From Schmidtea polychroa (lineage: Eukaryota): a DNA stretch of 64,000 nt. The notes below the pieces were generated by a model. It did not search any database. It was not told where the DNA came from and worked only from the letters and a program-made list of their open reading frames with translations. The stretch is from NCBI GenBank assembly GCA_044892525.1, contig CM097885.1, forward strand, positions 237,460,001 to 237,524,000, written 5' to 3'. Shown here piece after piece: positions 1 to 11,489 of the stretch (position 1 is the stretch's first letter; each line of letters begins with the position of its first letter). A program made the translations under genes and the position numbers.

Positions 1-1216
1 GCAATCATACACTTAATTTGGTAGGAAATGATGCAACATTATGCAGTACTAAATCAAACGACTATTTCGTGAAATTTCAAACGCTCTTCAATTTTTTCTC
101 TTCATTTACGTCTCGCGGGCTATATTAAAGAAGCACTGCAACAAGTCACTTACGAATGTATCAAAAACCAGATGGTATGCTCGTTTTAATCCCGCAAAAC
201 CAATCGTGTCTTCTTTGAATCTGATATATTTTGCCCTTAAAGAACATGATTCAAATCTAAATCAATCTGCAGAATCCAAATATAGATGCAAGTCGCTTTT
301 AAAATTCACATTTCGATATGAAACGGTGGTCATGAATTCTATTTGGTTCCCTATACTGACAGCAGTACAGAACACAAATTTATTGTTAGAAGCAGAAGAT
401 GCAACTTTGGATGTCGAGACCGAGATTTTAGATGCACTAATTAATTCAATATAATTAATGCGATGTGAAAAGGTGATGAGTGATAGTAAGAGACATGCTG
501 AAAACTTCTCCATTCACGCATCATTTGAAATTAAAAGAAAGTTTATTGATGAAGCAGCTGTTGAGTTACATTATCAACAAATATTCAATAAGATCATTTC
601 AGTTTTACAAAAATCATTACAAACTGGCTTTTCAAGAATGATTGAAATTTGTGATAATTTTAAATTTCTGTGGACCTGCAATAGCATTGACGAAGACATA
701 CTGCAAAATCAGTGCGACAAGATTAAAATTAAATTTTCGGATGACATTTCAACAGACCTGTATGATGAAATGATATTTTTTAAAAGCATTTACGCAACCA
801 ACTTCAAATCATCAAAGCCAAAAGAAGTGCTTAAATCTATTATTGAAATGAATTTGGAGTCAACTTTTCCAAATCTTGTAGTTGTATTAAGAATATTTTT
901 GACAATCCCGGTTTCTGTAGCCGAGTCTGAACGCACGTTTTCAGCTCAAAAACGTATTAAGAATTTCTTGAGATCTACAATGGCACAAGAGCGGCTAAAT
1001 GGATTAGCAATGCTGCATATTAATAACGATATTGCAAGAAACCTAAATTTTAGTGAAATAATTGATAAATTTGCAATTTCAAATGCCCGTGAATAATTAA
1101 CATAATAAAATTTGTTTTTATATTGTGTTGTCGCTAACTATATATTTTATTTAATTACTAAAAAGGGGCCCAAAAAAATTTGGCCCCGGGCCCCGCACTT
1201 TCTCTCCTTGGCCCTG
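1..1216 (+). mobile_element. 3' part of a decayed hAT transposon (ZMYM1-like transposase), truncated by the window edge
   Basis: Frameshifted pieces read NHTLNLV (from 3) and SKTRWYARF (about 155-185). ORF 458-1096 ends in the hAT dimerisation motif FPNL..LRIFLTIPVSVAESERTFS..KRIKNFLRSTMAQERLNGLAMLHIN. GGGGCCC-type subterminal motifs lie at 1165-1195 and the element ends in ...GGCCCTG at 1216. Confidence 0.85.
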
Positions 1217-2054
1217 ATCGGACAGAGATTTTTGAATTAAAGTAAAATCAAAAAAGAGTTAAAACTGATTTCATTCATAAATGGTTATGATATCGCTGAA
1301 TCAGTCACTGTTACACGGCAATACAATTTTACGTGATATTTTACTTCTAGGATAATAATAACCACTTTAAACACCGATAGAACCAAATCAATACACGTTA
1401 TAAAGCATAAATGCAAGTCGAAAAAAAGAGAACAAGTTCGAAACAGTCATTGAAAAATGTTATATATATTTGAGTTGGAACCATATAAACTTTTATTATT
1501 TAGCAATATATTGAATCGGTAATTATAAAACGCTACATTAATGGGTTAGATGAATTAAGATTATTTTTTTATGAGATGTAAAGATTACATCTTAAAATAC
1601 TTTAAAATATTTTAATTATTATTTAATTAAAAATTAATTTTATAGATAATTATTATTTAAAGTAAAAATTAATTTTTGATTTAAAAAATATCCAAAGTTC
1701 ATTATTTTTAAAACATTAATTAAATTATTTGTTTAAATAATCACCCATATGAATACGTTTCGTATAATATACTTCTTGATTACTATTTCCATAACTTAGA
1801 TGTATTAACTAGAATTGTATTTTATTTGTAATCTTTTTACAATTTTTTAGTGTTTTTTGCAATAAAATTATTTTTATTTTAAATGCTAAAATAAATGGTT
1901 TATTAATTATTTAAACTTGATTTAATATGGAATTCTTAATTAATTTTTAAAATGTAAAATAAGTATATTTTTAAGTATATTTTATTCGCAGATTCTTGTC
2001 TATTATATTTTAGAATATTTGTAATTGTGTTTTTAAGTATAAATTATCTTGTAG

Positions 2055-5000
2055 ATGTCTTACTACGGATCGCCTCAACCATATACTTTTCCACAAGAAG
2101 TTAATTCCTCTATGTAGATCTTAAAATTTTAATATTGAAATATTTACTATTTATTAGGCAATTTGAGCAATTTCAATATAAGCCCGAAAACCAGCCCATT
2201 GGAAATGCTTTTCAAAATCCTGTTGATTTTCAGAATAGTTATGTCGATTCGTTTGCGTCAAATGGGAGTATGGAAAATTTCGATGGAGAACCTCCACTAC
2301 TCGAAGGTTGCTATATTATTTATAAGTAGAAATCTTATTTCCGAATTTAGAACTAGGAATTAATTTCGGTCACATTAAAAAGAAAGTAATTGTATTATTA
2401 TAAATTTATTAAATTTTAATATAAGTAATAATTTCAATCATAAAATATCTATGTTTTGGAGCAAACTACGTAATCTCTTTTTGTAATAAAGTCATTGTTG
2501 TTGAATTTATTCAATCGTTATATCTAAACATGACTTCAAAGTTGTCATTCAGATCACGAGACAGCAACCACAATTGGATAGGGAGGGGCTGTGTGTGATG
2601 ATATTCCAATTAAGCATTCACTCTTTTCTGTTGACTGTCAGTTTTGGGAACAGATGCACCGTGTCCATGAGCATGGGATATCGCTGTTAAAGAGGAGTAT
2701 TTTACTGTACTTAAGGCGTCGGAAAACTTAAGGAAATAATAACTAGCTTCAATTAGATATCGATCATTGACCGTAAATATGATAGATTTCGATATAATAT
2801 TCGATATTTTTAATGGTAGCGGGTGCCTTTGCCTGGGGATACATTTACTGAGTTTTTGGAATGGTCCACGCACTGGGGTAATGTTAAGGGGCCAGTTGGG
2901 TTGTGATGTGTGTTACTGATGCTGTGGAGGCGATGGAACAGTTTTAGTAATGATCGCTTTGCCCCCTGTAATGTATATGTTGGCAGACAAAGCTGTGCAG
3001 CAATTCCTCATTGGTTCACTCCATGATTATTAAAAGTAATGATTTGTTCAAATTTTTAATAATTCCCGAAATCGTAACATAAATATAATAAGGAAATATA
3101 TCAATGAGTTACAAAATTTCCCTCCTGAAAAATATGTGAGCTTTGTACGGCTCTGAGTCCCGTTAGTTGGCAATTTGATAATTCACTGCAAGGTTTGCCA
3201 TTACATTAGAGCTATGAATATGTTATGATTTATTATTTTAACTTCAAAAATTGCTTGTTTCAAGATTAAACTGAAAATCCGTGCTCTACCAATTGTGTAG
3301 ATGAGACAATCAATAAAAGTTTTCCACCATCATTTCATAATAAATTGGTTTAGGGTTAAAAAGAGTGCAATTAAATGTAACCATATGTGTTAGAAAGAAT
3401 CTGTAAAAAAGTAATAGAAAGAAAAACAACTTGTTCACTATCATTACTTATACAAAGTTCTCTGGAAACATTTTCTAGAAGATTATCAGAAATTCCATTA
3501 TTTATCCTATCTTGCTAACCAATACTAAATAAAAAGTTCATATTCCTTAAAACTAGACTATTCAGGCTATTTAATCCTTTCTACATATTCTTTTTCTATT
3601 TCTTTCTCCTGTGCACTAAACAGGGTATCTAATCGCCCTATTATTTCTATCAAAGTCCTCTCTTTCTCTTTATTTTTCTCTTTTTTTACTCTTTTCGTTC
3701 TCTTTCTCTCTTTATTTTCTCTCCCCTTTCTTTTTATTTTTCTCTTTTTTCACTCTCTTTCACTTTTTCTTACTTATTCTTTGCCTCCCCTTTCTCCTCC
3801 CTTTTTTACTCTTTCTCTCCCTCTTTCTATTTACCTTTCTCTTCCTCATTTTTTCTCGCCTCTTTTTTTTCTTTATCTTTTTTTCTTACTCTTTCTCCCT
3901 TTTTCTCTTTCCCCTTTTCTCTTTATATTTTTCTCTCTCTTTATTTTTCTCCTCCTTTCTCTTTATTTTTCTCTTTTCCTCTTTTCTTTCCCTTTTTCTT
4001 ACTCTTTTTCTAATTCTTTCTTTACCTCCCTCTTTCTCCCTTTTTTACTCTTTCTGTCCCTCTTTACCTTTCTCTCCCTCTTTCTCGTTTTTCTTTCCCT
4101 TTTTCTCCCCCTTTCTATTTACTTTTCTCTTTTTTACCCTTTTCTTTCCCTTTTTCTTACTCTTTTTCTAACTCTTTATCCTTCCTTTTTTACTCTTTCT
4201 CTCCCTCTTTCTCTTTACCTTTCTCTTTCTCGTTTTTTCTCTCCTTTCTCTTTTTTTACTCTTTTCTCCCTCTTTTTCTTTTTATTTCCCTCCCTATTCT
4301 TTCACTTTCTCCATTTTCATCTCTCTTTCCCAATCTTCATCTCTAACCGCGTTAATGTGAGCCTGACCTAAACATTGAAATTAATATGTGTAAGCCGAGT
4401 TCTAGATCGTTTTAGTGGGCCAATCTAGGCGAATCATAATTACTTTTCTGATATATTTCAAAATAAGTTCTTTATATTTAACGTGTCTGTAATAATTGAA
4501 AATTAAACATTTCAATCGAAACCTGCAAATGTTTTGGATTAATCAATTTTCAAAATTTTATTGATCATTTATTATATTTATAACGGTTTCCCTTGGAATT
4601 ATCCTCCTATTGCAAAGTTCATTTTACACTGAATGAACCTAATCTAAATATTGTCAGTTTTATTGATCAACGTAACGCTTCAAATTTTCATGAACTTTAA
4701 TCATATTAACATTGAAGTTTATTTGCCAGCAAAATTTGATCTTCAATAACAAAAATTAAGTCGTCATTGCTGTCGCTGAAATTTAGCTAAATTTGCCTTG
4801 TTTCGAAACCTCGTTGATTTTTATTACATCGTAACAATCTCGAGTATCACAATATTGAGATATGTATCGTTTTCTTTTATTATCCAAAATTTAGGATGCC
4901 CTAATAGTATAAATAATTGTTGATAAATTACCATTATCATAGAATATATATGGGAAATATTTCTCCTGATCTGATTCAATTAAGATTAAATTTGATCGTA

Positions 5001-8000
5001 TAAACGATTAATTCTGATTCTTTATGAAACTAAGTTTATTCATATTTGATCCAATCCAAGACAAAGTTATAATAAATAAATTTATGGAAAAGTGCTAACC
5101 ACTGTAAGTAGCGATTCTAGATGACCACAGTAATAAATACGCTTGTAAAATTATTCAACTCAATTTTCGATTAATCGGAAAAATACAAAAAAAAACAATT
5201 TTTTTGGAAATTTTCAAATTTTGTAAAACAACCGAAACTTGAAAAATTAAAAAGAAAATCATATTTTCAATTAACAAATTACTCATGGATAATAAATATT
5301 TCTAGTGGGGGTTATTTGTAAATGATGAAATCATAGATTGAGTTCTAAAGTTCTCGGGAAAGTTTGACTTAGGAATGTTCATATGTCTTTCTAGAGAATA
5401 AAAAGCTTCAACATTACCCAATAAGGAATTTCTGAGGTCGTTTGTAGGGTTCAGAATATCACAATTTGAGTAATGGGATGCGGATGGAGATTGGGATTTG
5501 TTTGCAGAGTTTGTACACATAATAATCGGTGAACAGTTTAAAAGACATTGTTTTGACAAAATCGGTGTCGTTCCATGTAGCGGACAGATATTATTTAGAG
5601 ATTCGCTATCAGTTTCTGTTGAATTATGAATAGGACACTGAGGTACATAAGTAGTCAGTAGTTGATTAAAAAATTGGACGTTTTTTGTGTCATTAGATGT
5701 CAACATCGATGTCGTTAGTAATGTATTCACATCGGGAATTGCTTGGGAATTATTGCCTTTAGCCTCTTGGACACCATCAAGAAAATGAAAGTTTTCTAAC
5801 GCTTCGCTATTATCCACTGTTATTCTTTTAGGAGTGCGATTTCTAAACCTGTTTTGATTATTGTTATTGCTTTCAACACATTGAGTCTTCTTTCCAAGAA
5901 AGATGTACATAATCACACCAATTATTCCAATTAAAACTATTAGTACCGACGCTCCAATGCCAATCAATATAAGTATATGGTGAATTTGGACTTTTTTTGA
6001 AATGAAATTTGGCACAATTTGTACGGTAAAATTCGTTGAAACTTTTCCTAATCGGTTAACAGCTTCGCATCGGTATTGGCCATCATCGAATCCATGTTCT
6101 ACATTTTCGATAAATAATGTCGCATTACTCCTGTATGAATCGGTATTCCATATTTTCATCCCATCGTGAGTACCTTGTACTAGCGTTCCATCTTTAAACC
6201 ATGATATTTTCAAAACAGGATTAGAGTATATCTCACATATCAAAGTAATGTTGGAATTCTGATTGGCTTTTACTGTGTATCCTTTAGTATAGATTTTCGG
6301 TTTGCATTGATAATTTTCTTCGGGAATCATTTGTAGCTCCATCTGTTTGAATGGAACGGGATTTTCACACATTGGTTTCACATATTTCGTGTATTCGTTG
6401 TTGTTGTTGCGCTTGATGACTTCCTCTATAACTGTTTTCAACCATCTCAGCTTGCAATCGCAATTCCATTTGTTACCATGAAGCAAAATTTGTGCCAGAG
6501 TCATTTTTTTAAAATCTCCTAAAAGATATTCTGGAACGGACTCGAATTCGTTGTTTGCTAAGCTAATTAACGTCAACGACGTTAAACCACGAAAAGCACC
6601 GTTTTCTATTACCATTCCTTTTACTGCTTTCTCAATATAAAGTTCCTGTAAACTTTTAAGTGGTTTAAAGAAATTTTCTTTAATTGTTCCAAGAGGATTT
6701 TCAGACAAATCTAAACGAACTAATTGATTGAGATTTTTAAATGCTTTCTGAGACAAACATTCTGGCTGTATTACTAAAATATTGTTTCTCAGTGATAGAA
6801 TCTTCAGATTTGTCAAACCGTTTAATGCATTTTCTGTGATTTTCTGTAATCGATTGTCGTCGACAATTAATTCAGCGAGATTTGTGAAAAATTTGAAAGT
6901 TTCTTCGTGAAGAATTTGTATATTATTGCTTGTTAAATTCATTTTAGTAATTTGATTGGCGACAACTTGTGGCAAATCTGGAACTTCTGTTAATCCGTAC
7001 CTTTGGCATTCTAAAATATTTATTGATTTTTCTGGTTGACATTTTCGATTGTCAGTCATTGGTAAAAGAAATGCAAATATTAAATAGGAAATCATTGTGA
7101 AATATTTGTAGAAAAACAATCAGTGATTCAATATTTCATTGCAGAAGAGCGTGTAAATATTAGCTGCATATTTTATCCAACTATATAAATTAACGTTGAG
7201 CAAGTCTCAAAGAAAACAGCATTCTGATTGGTTGATGGTCTTAGAGTATAATTGGTAGAATCTCGTGTAACAACTTTTGTGTAAACTAGTCTTCATTAAC
7301 AGTGATACTCTTCTGCGTGGCAGCAAATGAATCAATTATATTATTTGTCTCTCTATTGCTTTTTATTCATTGACTGTATCAATGGGGAAAGACTAACTGG
7401 TTGTGTATCTCTCATAGAATGCTCATAAGATGTCGTTTTTTCGTGCAGAAACTGAAGTGATCTGATTTGTGAAAACAGACACATTAATTTTTGTTTTAAT
7501 TTGAAGTTTTATGATAGACAAAAAAATCTCAGCTTAAATATAATATGCTTATTAATAGTGTAATAAATTCTCATCTTTTCCTGTTAATGTCAAGAGGAAT
7601 TTTAAGTCGTGGAAATGAATATAAAAATTATTTATATATTTCCATATTTTGATGCGTTTTGATTTTTACAGCTTTGAACTGAGAATCGGTGAAAATGATG
7701 ATATAATTATATCTCAATTGACTGAGAAAATAAATTGAAATAAATCATTTGCGTCATATTTTGTGACTTTCCCTTTCTATTTTATATATATATTTTATAT
7801 ATAATTAGATTTAGATTCACAATTAAATTAGCAAAGTAAGGGCGTTGATTATAGTTAAATAAGACAGAGTCTGATATAGAGGTTATTTTCAGTTTGTGAT
7901 GTCTTTCAGTGGCTCCAGGCAATATAATAAGATGTAAATCTCCATTAGCAAATATTCCTCTAATATCTACTAGAAAAAAAATTTTTTTATGTTAAATTTT

Positions 8001-10770
8001 TAGACACTGATTGTTTTGAATCCTTTTATCAATACTGACAAAGAAGTTGTAGAAGATACTGATTTAGCTGGTCCGTTAGTTTTCGGTCTCTTATTCGGTG
8101 CTACGTTGCTTTTGGTAAACGTAACCATTTCAATTCGTTATAATTCAATTTTAGACAGGAAAAATACATTTCAATTACATTTATGGTATCGGTGTGTTGG
8201 GATGCATAGCAATGTATGCTTTGCTAACAATGATGACAGCTACTGGTGTTAGTGTTTTGTGCGTGATTTCGATTTTAGGATACTGCCTGTTGCCAATGTG
8301 TTTACTATCGATAATTTCAACATTATTGACAATGAAGTAATTGGATTTTCTTTTCATAATTAACCCCATACAAATAATTTAACTATTTTTTAATTAATCT
8401 AATTTCGGTTTTCTGGAAATTTATATCAAATAGTTATGCAGGTTTATGGAATTTCGTTGTTATAATTTATATTCGTTTATAGCTAATTATAATTAAATTC
8501 CTATTAATAATTCTACTATTATTGCCAATTCTACTATTATTATGAAATTAATTAAATATATTACAATAATTTTTAATTTTAATCGACAATATTATATCGA
8601 GTTTTTATTGAATGATAATAAAATTAATTCAATTTTATAATTATTATTTCAAATTAAGCTATTTTAAAATTTTACAATAACTTTTAGCTTTTATCGACAA
8701 CATTATATTTTTATGGCAAAGTTATCTGAAAATCGATTTTTATCTATTGAATGATGTATAATTTATCCAATTTCACCGGGTATTTTGAATAAATTCAACA
8801 TATTGATTTGAATTTTTGCCTAATTATCATTGCAATGATAACTAAATCCTAAAATAATATTCTTTCAAAAGCCAAATATTAATAAAACAAATGTTGTTTG
8901 GTAATAATTATCAGCATTGTCTCGCTCGATATATTCAGCTCCGGTAAACTAGTAACCGGTTTGGTAGATGTGATAAAAAAATCAATACACTAGAAATTCC
9001 ATATAAAATCGTTTCCAAAATTTCTTTACTCAACATTTTTGTTCAGTCATGTGTTAACATATTTCCTTCGACATTAATATTAGGTGGATTAGAATTTCCC
9101 GTCCGAGTTTTGGAAACCAAAATCTTATCAAAATCGATTTATTTTCTCAAATAAAATTGATGCTTGCATTATTAATATAGACCGAAACAAATCGATTTCG
9201 AAAATTCAGCCATGTCAAAATTACCTCTTACAATAGGAAAATCCTATATCGTCACAAAAATTTTCTCTTTTCCTGGATTCGGCTACCTCTTGAATAAGAT
9301 TTGTAAAGATTACGGCCAGAAAAAAAGATAGATCTGAATGATCTCTATCATATTTCAAAAGAAATTTTTGAAAGAACACAAATACGAGTTATGATAAAGA
9401 TGCCTATCTCGACTCAAAAAATTTTTTTTTCTAGTTTTCACCACTTTCTGAATGAAATTCAAAAATTCCCGGGCAACAAATAGATAGATTTCGTCGAGCT
9501 CTATAACATCCTATTAAAAATAATTGTTCCCATAAACTGATAAAACTAGCACGCGATGTGCTATAACATGATTACTAATTCCAAATATTTCCCCAATCAT
9601 CTTTATTGAATACTAGATTTTATGAATAAATTTTGAACTTCAATAGACAATTTTAAAGCTGCTCTCTTTAATTGCAGTCATACTTTTGCTTTGTATGCGT
9701 AATCAAGGATCATGTTTAATAAAAGTTCGACAAATTAAAGATGCAATGAAATGACTAATAAATACTCAGTTTTTAGATATTTTAATTCTTCTAACACTGT
9801 AATGTTCATTGAATCGGAAACCGTTAATAATTTGTCAAGAAATGAAATTATTATTGTCTATCTAGAATTAATTTCCATAAACATTTAACGGGTGTTGGTT
9901 TCAACCGTGAATTATCCTAGTTCTTCCAATAAATGTAGCAATCAGTCAGATGATCTTTTAAATTGTGGAAAATCTTATTTTTGGATTTAAGATCCGATTT
10001 CAAGGCCTGAGATTTTTTGGTTACTTTTGATCTTTTTTCGATGATATTTTATTTATTTTCATTTTGACAAAAGATCTAAAATTTAATTCTAAGTGAAAAT
10101 AAATGAAATATAATTATGTCGATGCGATGATTTTACTACAAAAGACACGTATTCAGTTGTTCTATTAAGAGGACACACTTTATATGGATAAAGTTTATAT
10201 TTCATAAATCGTTTGCACTTCAAGAGAGTTACTTGAAACGGTTTGATTTTCTTCTTATTTAGGAATATCAATGTTTAATATTACAAAACAATAAAAATAT
10301 TACAATGACCAAATTCTTATCAAAATTGATTTTTTTTTCTCAAATAAAGATTATGCTTGCGTAAAAATATAGATAGATAATAGAGTTATTCTAAATTGTA
10401 ATAAATTTTATTTTTAATATATTAATTTGGATTAATTTTTTAATAGCTCAATTAAATTCCTTATCAAAAATTAAATCATCTATTGCTTTATCAAGATAAA
10501 AAATGAATTAATCAGTGCAACATAAAGTTCTTTAGATTAAAAGAAATTATTTATTTTTAATATTTAGTTTTATTTTTTAAAATATAAATATTTTTATTAT
10601 CATTTAGAAGTCTTATAGGAGTTATAGTGGCATTGATTGTTGTTCTTTGGTGTTCTCTTTCTGCTAGTAAACTTTTCGTCACAGCCCTCAACATGGAACA
10701 CCAACAAATTTTGGTTGCTTATCCGTGTTCATTGGTTTATGGAGTATTTGCCTTGCTCTCAGTATTTTAA
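2055..10770 (+). CDS. YIPF5: Yip1-domain family member 5 (YIPF5/Yip1A), 6 exons, about 232 aa
   Basis: Exons 2055-2113, 2158-2306, 2351-2385, 8004-8114, 8155-8336, 10608-10770; all introns GT-AG and the frame is preserved (699 nt). Motifs [53 protein letters not shown] and [39 protein letters not shown] match the Yip1/YIPF5 family. Confidence 0.93.
3590..4345 (+). repeat. About 750-bp polypyrimidine (C/T) low-complexity tract with internal higher-order repeats
   Basis: Almost purely C/T on the + strand, with recurring blocks such as CCCTCTTTCTATTTAC and TTTTTTACTCTTT. The F/L/S-rich ORF 3781-4371 is a by-product of this composition. Confidence 0.9.
5302..7095 (-). CDS. Single-pass LRR + Ig-domain cell-surface protein (Kekkon/LRIT/LRRC24-like LIG family), intronless, about 597 aa
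   Basis: First in-frame ATG at 7095 gives a hydrophobic signal peptide ([12 protein letters not shown]). It is followed by a Cys cap, LxxLxLxxN repeats, an LRRCT motif ([15 protein letters not shown]), an I-set Ig domain (LICEI..NP...ISWFKDG...[11 protein letters not shown]), a TM helix ([27 protein letters not shown]) and a low-complexity tail. Confidence 0.88.
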   Translation of the reverse strand: MISYLIFAFLLPMTDNRKCQPEKSINILECQRYGLTEVPDLPQVVANQITKMNLTSNNIQILHEETFKFFTNLAELIVDDNRLQKITENALNGLTNLKILSLRNNILVIQPECLSQKAFKNLNQLVRLDLSENPLGTIKENFFKPLKSLQELYIEKAVKGMVIENGAFRGLTSLTLISLANNEFESVPEYLLGDFKKMTLAQILLHGNKWNCDCKLRWLKTVIEEVIKRNNNNEYTKYVKPMCENPVPFKQMELQMIPEENYQCKPKIYTKGYTVKANQNSNITLICEIYSNPVLKISWFKDGTLVQGTHDGMKIWNTDSYRSNATLFIENVEHGFDDGQYRCEAVNRLGKVSTNFTVQIVPNFISKKVQIHHILILIGIGASVLIVLIGIIGVIMYIFLGKKTQCVESNNNNQNRFRNRTPKRITVDNSEALENFHFLDGVQEAKGNNSQAIPDVNTLLTTSMLTSNDTKNVQFFNQLLTTYVPQCPIHNSTETDSESLNNICPLHGTTPILSKQCLLNCSPIIMCTNSANKSQSPSASHYSNCDILNPTNDLRNSLLGNVEAFYSLERHMNIPKSNFPENFRTQSMISSFTNNPH

Positions 10771-10880
10771 TCACTGTGAATGCTATATATGAATAAATTT
10801 GTATTATTTCAATTATTTATAGTTTAGTTCATTCAAACAAATTTAATAATTTATTTAACAAACATTGAAAAATGAAGGTA

Positions 10881-11489
10881 TCAGTATTTTGGAGAGTACC
10901 TCCTAGTATTCTGTGAATATCTGTTGGAATATTTATGAATTGGTAATTCTTTCCGAGGAGAGTTCCGATTTATTTTGTATCGTGCAATATCCGATGAATA
11001 ATATGTAGAATGATTTTTTTTGTTGGAATTTTTTGAACTTACCACTTTAGTGGAATTACTCATTTTAGTTTTATCAAATTTCCACGATTTTGTGTATTTG
11101 GAATAAATGGAATGGTAACGAGAAGAATGTTTCATTTTAGAATTTATAGCTAATTTTATTGCTTTTTCGGATACCTTTTTCTCGATTTGGTTTTTATTAA
11201 CTGTTTGTTCTTTACACTTATTGATTGATGATAATTCATCGCCTGAATCAACTATTTCTCCCTCTTCAAAAATATTATAAGAATCGGGACTGATTTCATT
11301 TTTTAAACTTCTATTTATTTTCTGTGATAAATCTGAAAAAAATTATTTCAATACTTTTTAATATAATTACTTGATGGGGAACTATTAGTACATTGTTCTG
11401 TCTTCAATAATTCTTTCTCTAAAGCAAGGTTATTTATTATTTTTCATTATGAAAAAATTATATGTTTGTTAACTACGTCTTTTTAACAT
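10881..11489 (-). CDS. Hypothetical Ser/Lys/Arg-rich protein with an EEGEI motif (possibly 5'-incomplete)
   Basis: Exons 11489-11477, 11418-11371 and 11332-10881 join in frame through GT-AG introns: MLKRQKELLK...FEEGEIVDSGDE...RNSPRK...RRYSPKY*. The open frame extends about 200 nt upstream of the ORF-track start. No family recognised. Confidence 0.55.

Noticed and set aside
2560-3050. Possible APE-endonuclease remnant of a non-LTR element (minus strand)
   Set aside because: Only a vague xDLN-like word is present, with no convincing motif set.
3781-4371. 196-aa F/L/S-rich ORF resembling a membrane protein
   Set aside because: It is a compositional artefact of the C/T tract (few stop codons are possible) and starts at a non-ATG codon.
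9640-9980. Possible Ac-type hAT remnant (minus strand; FKRS…TR* pattern)
   Set aside because: Too degenerate to support without an alignment.
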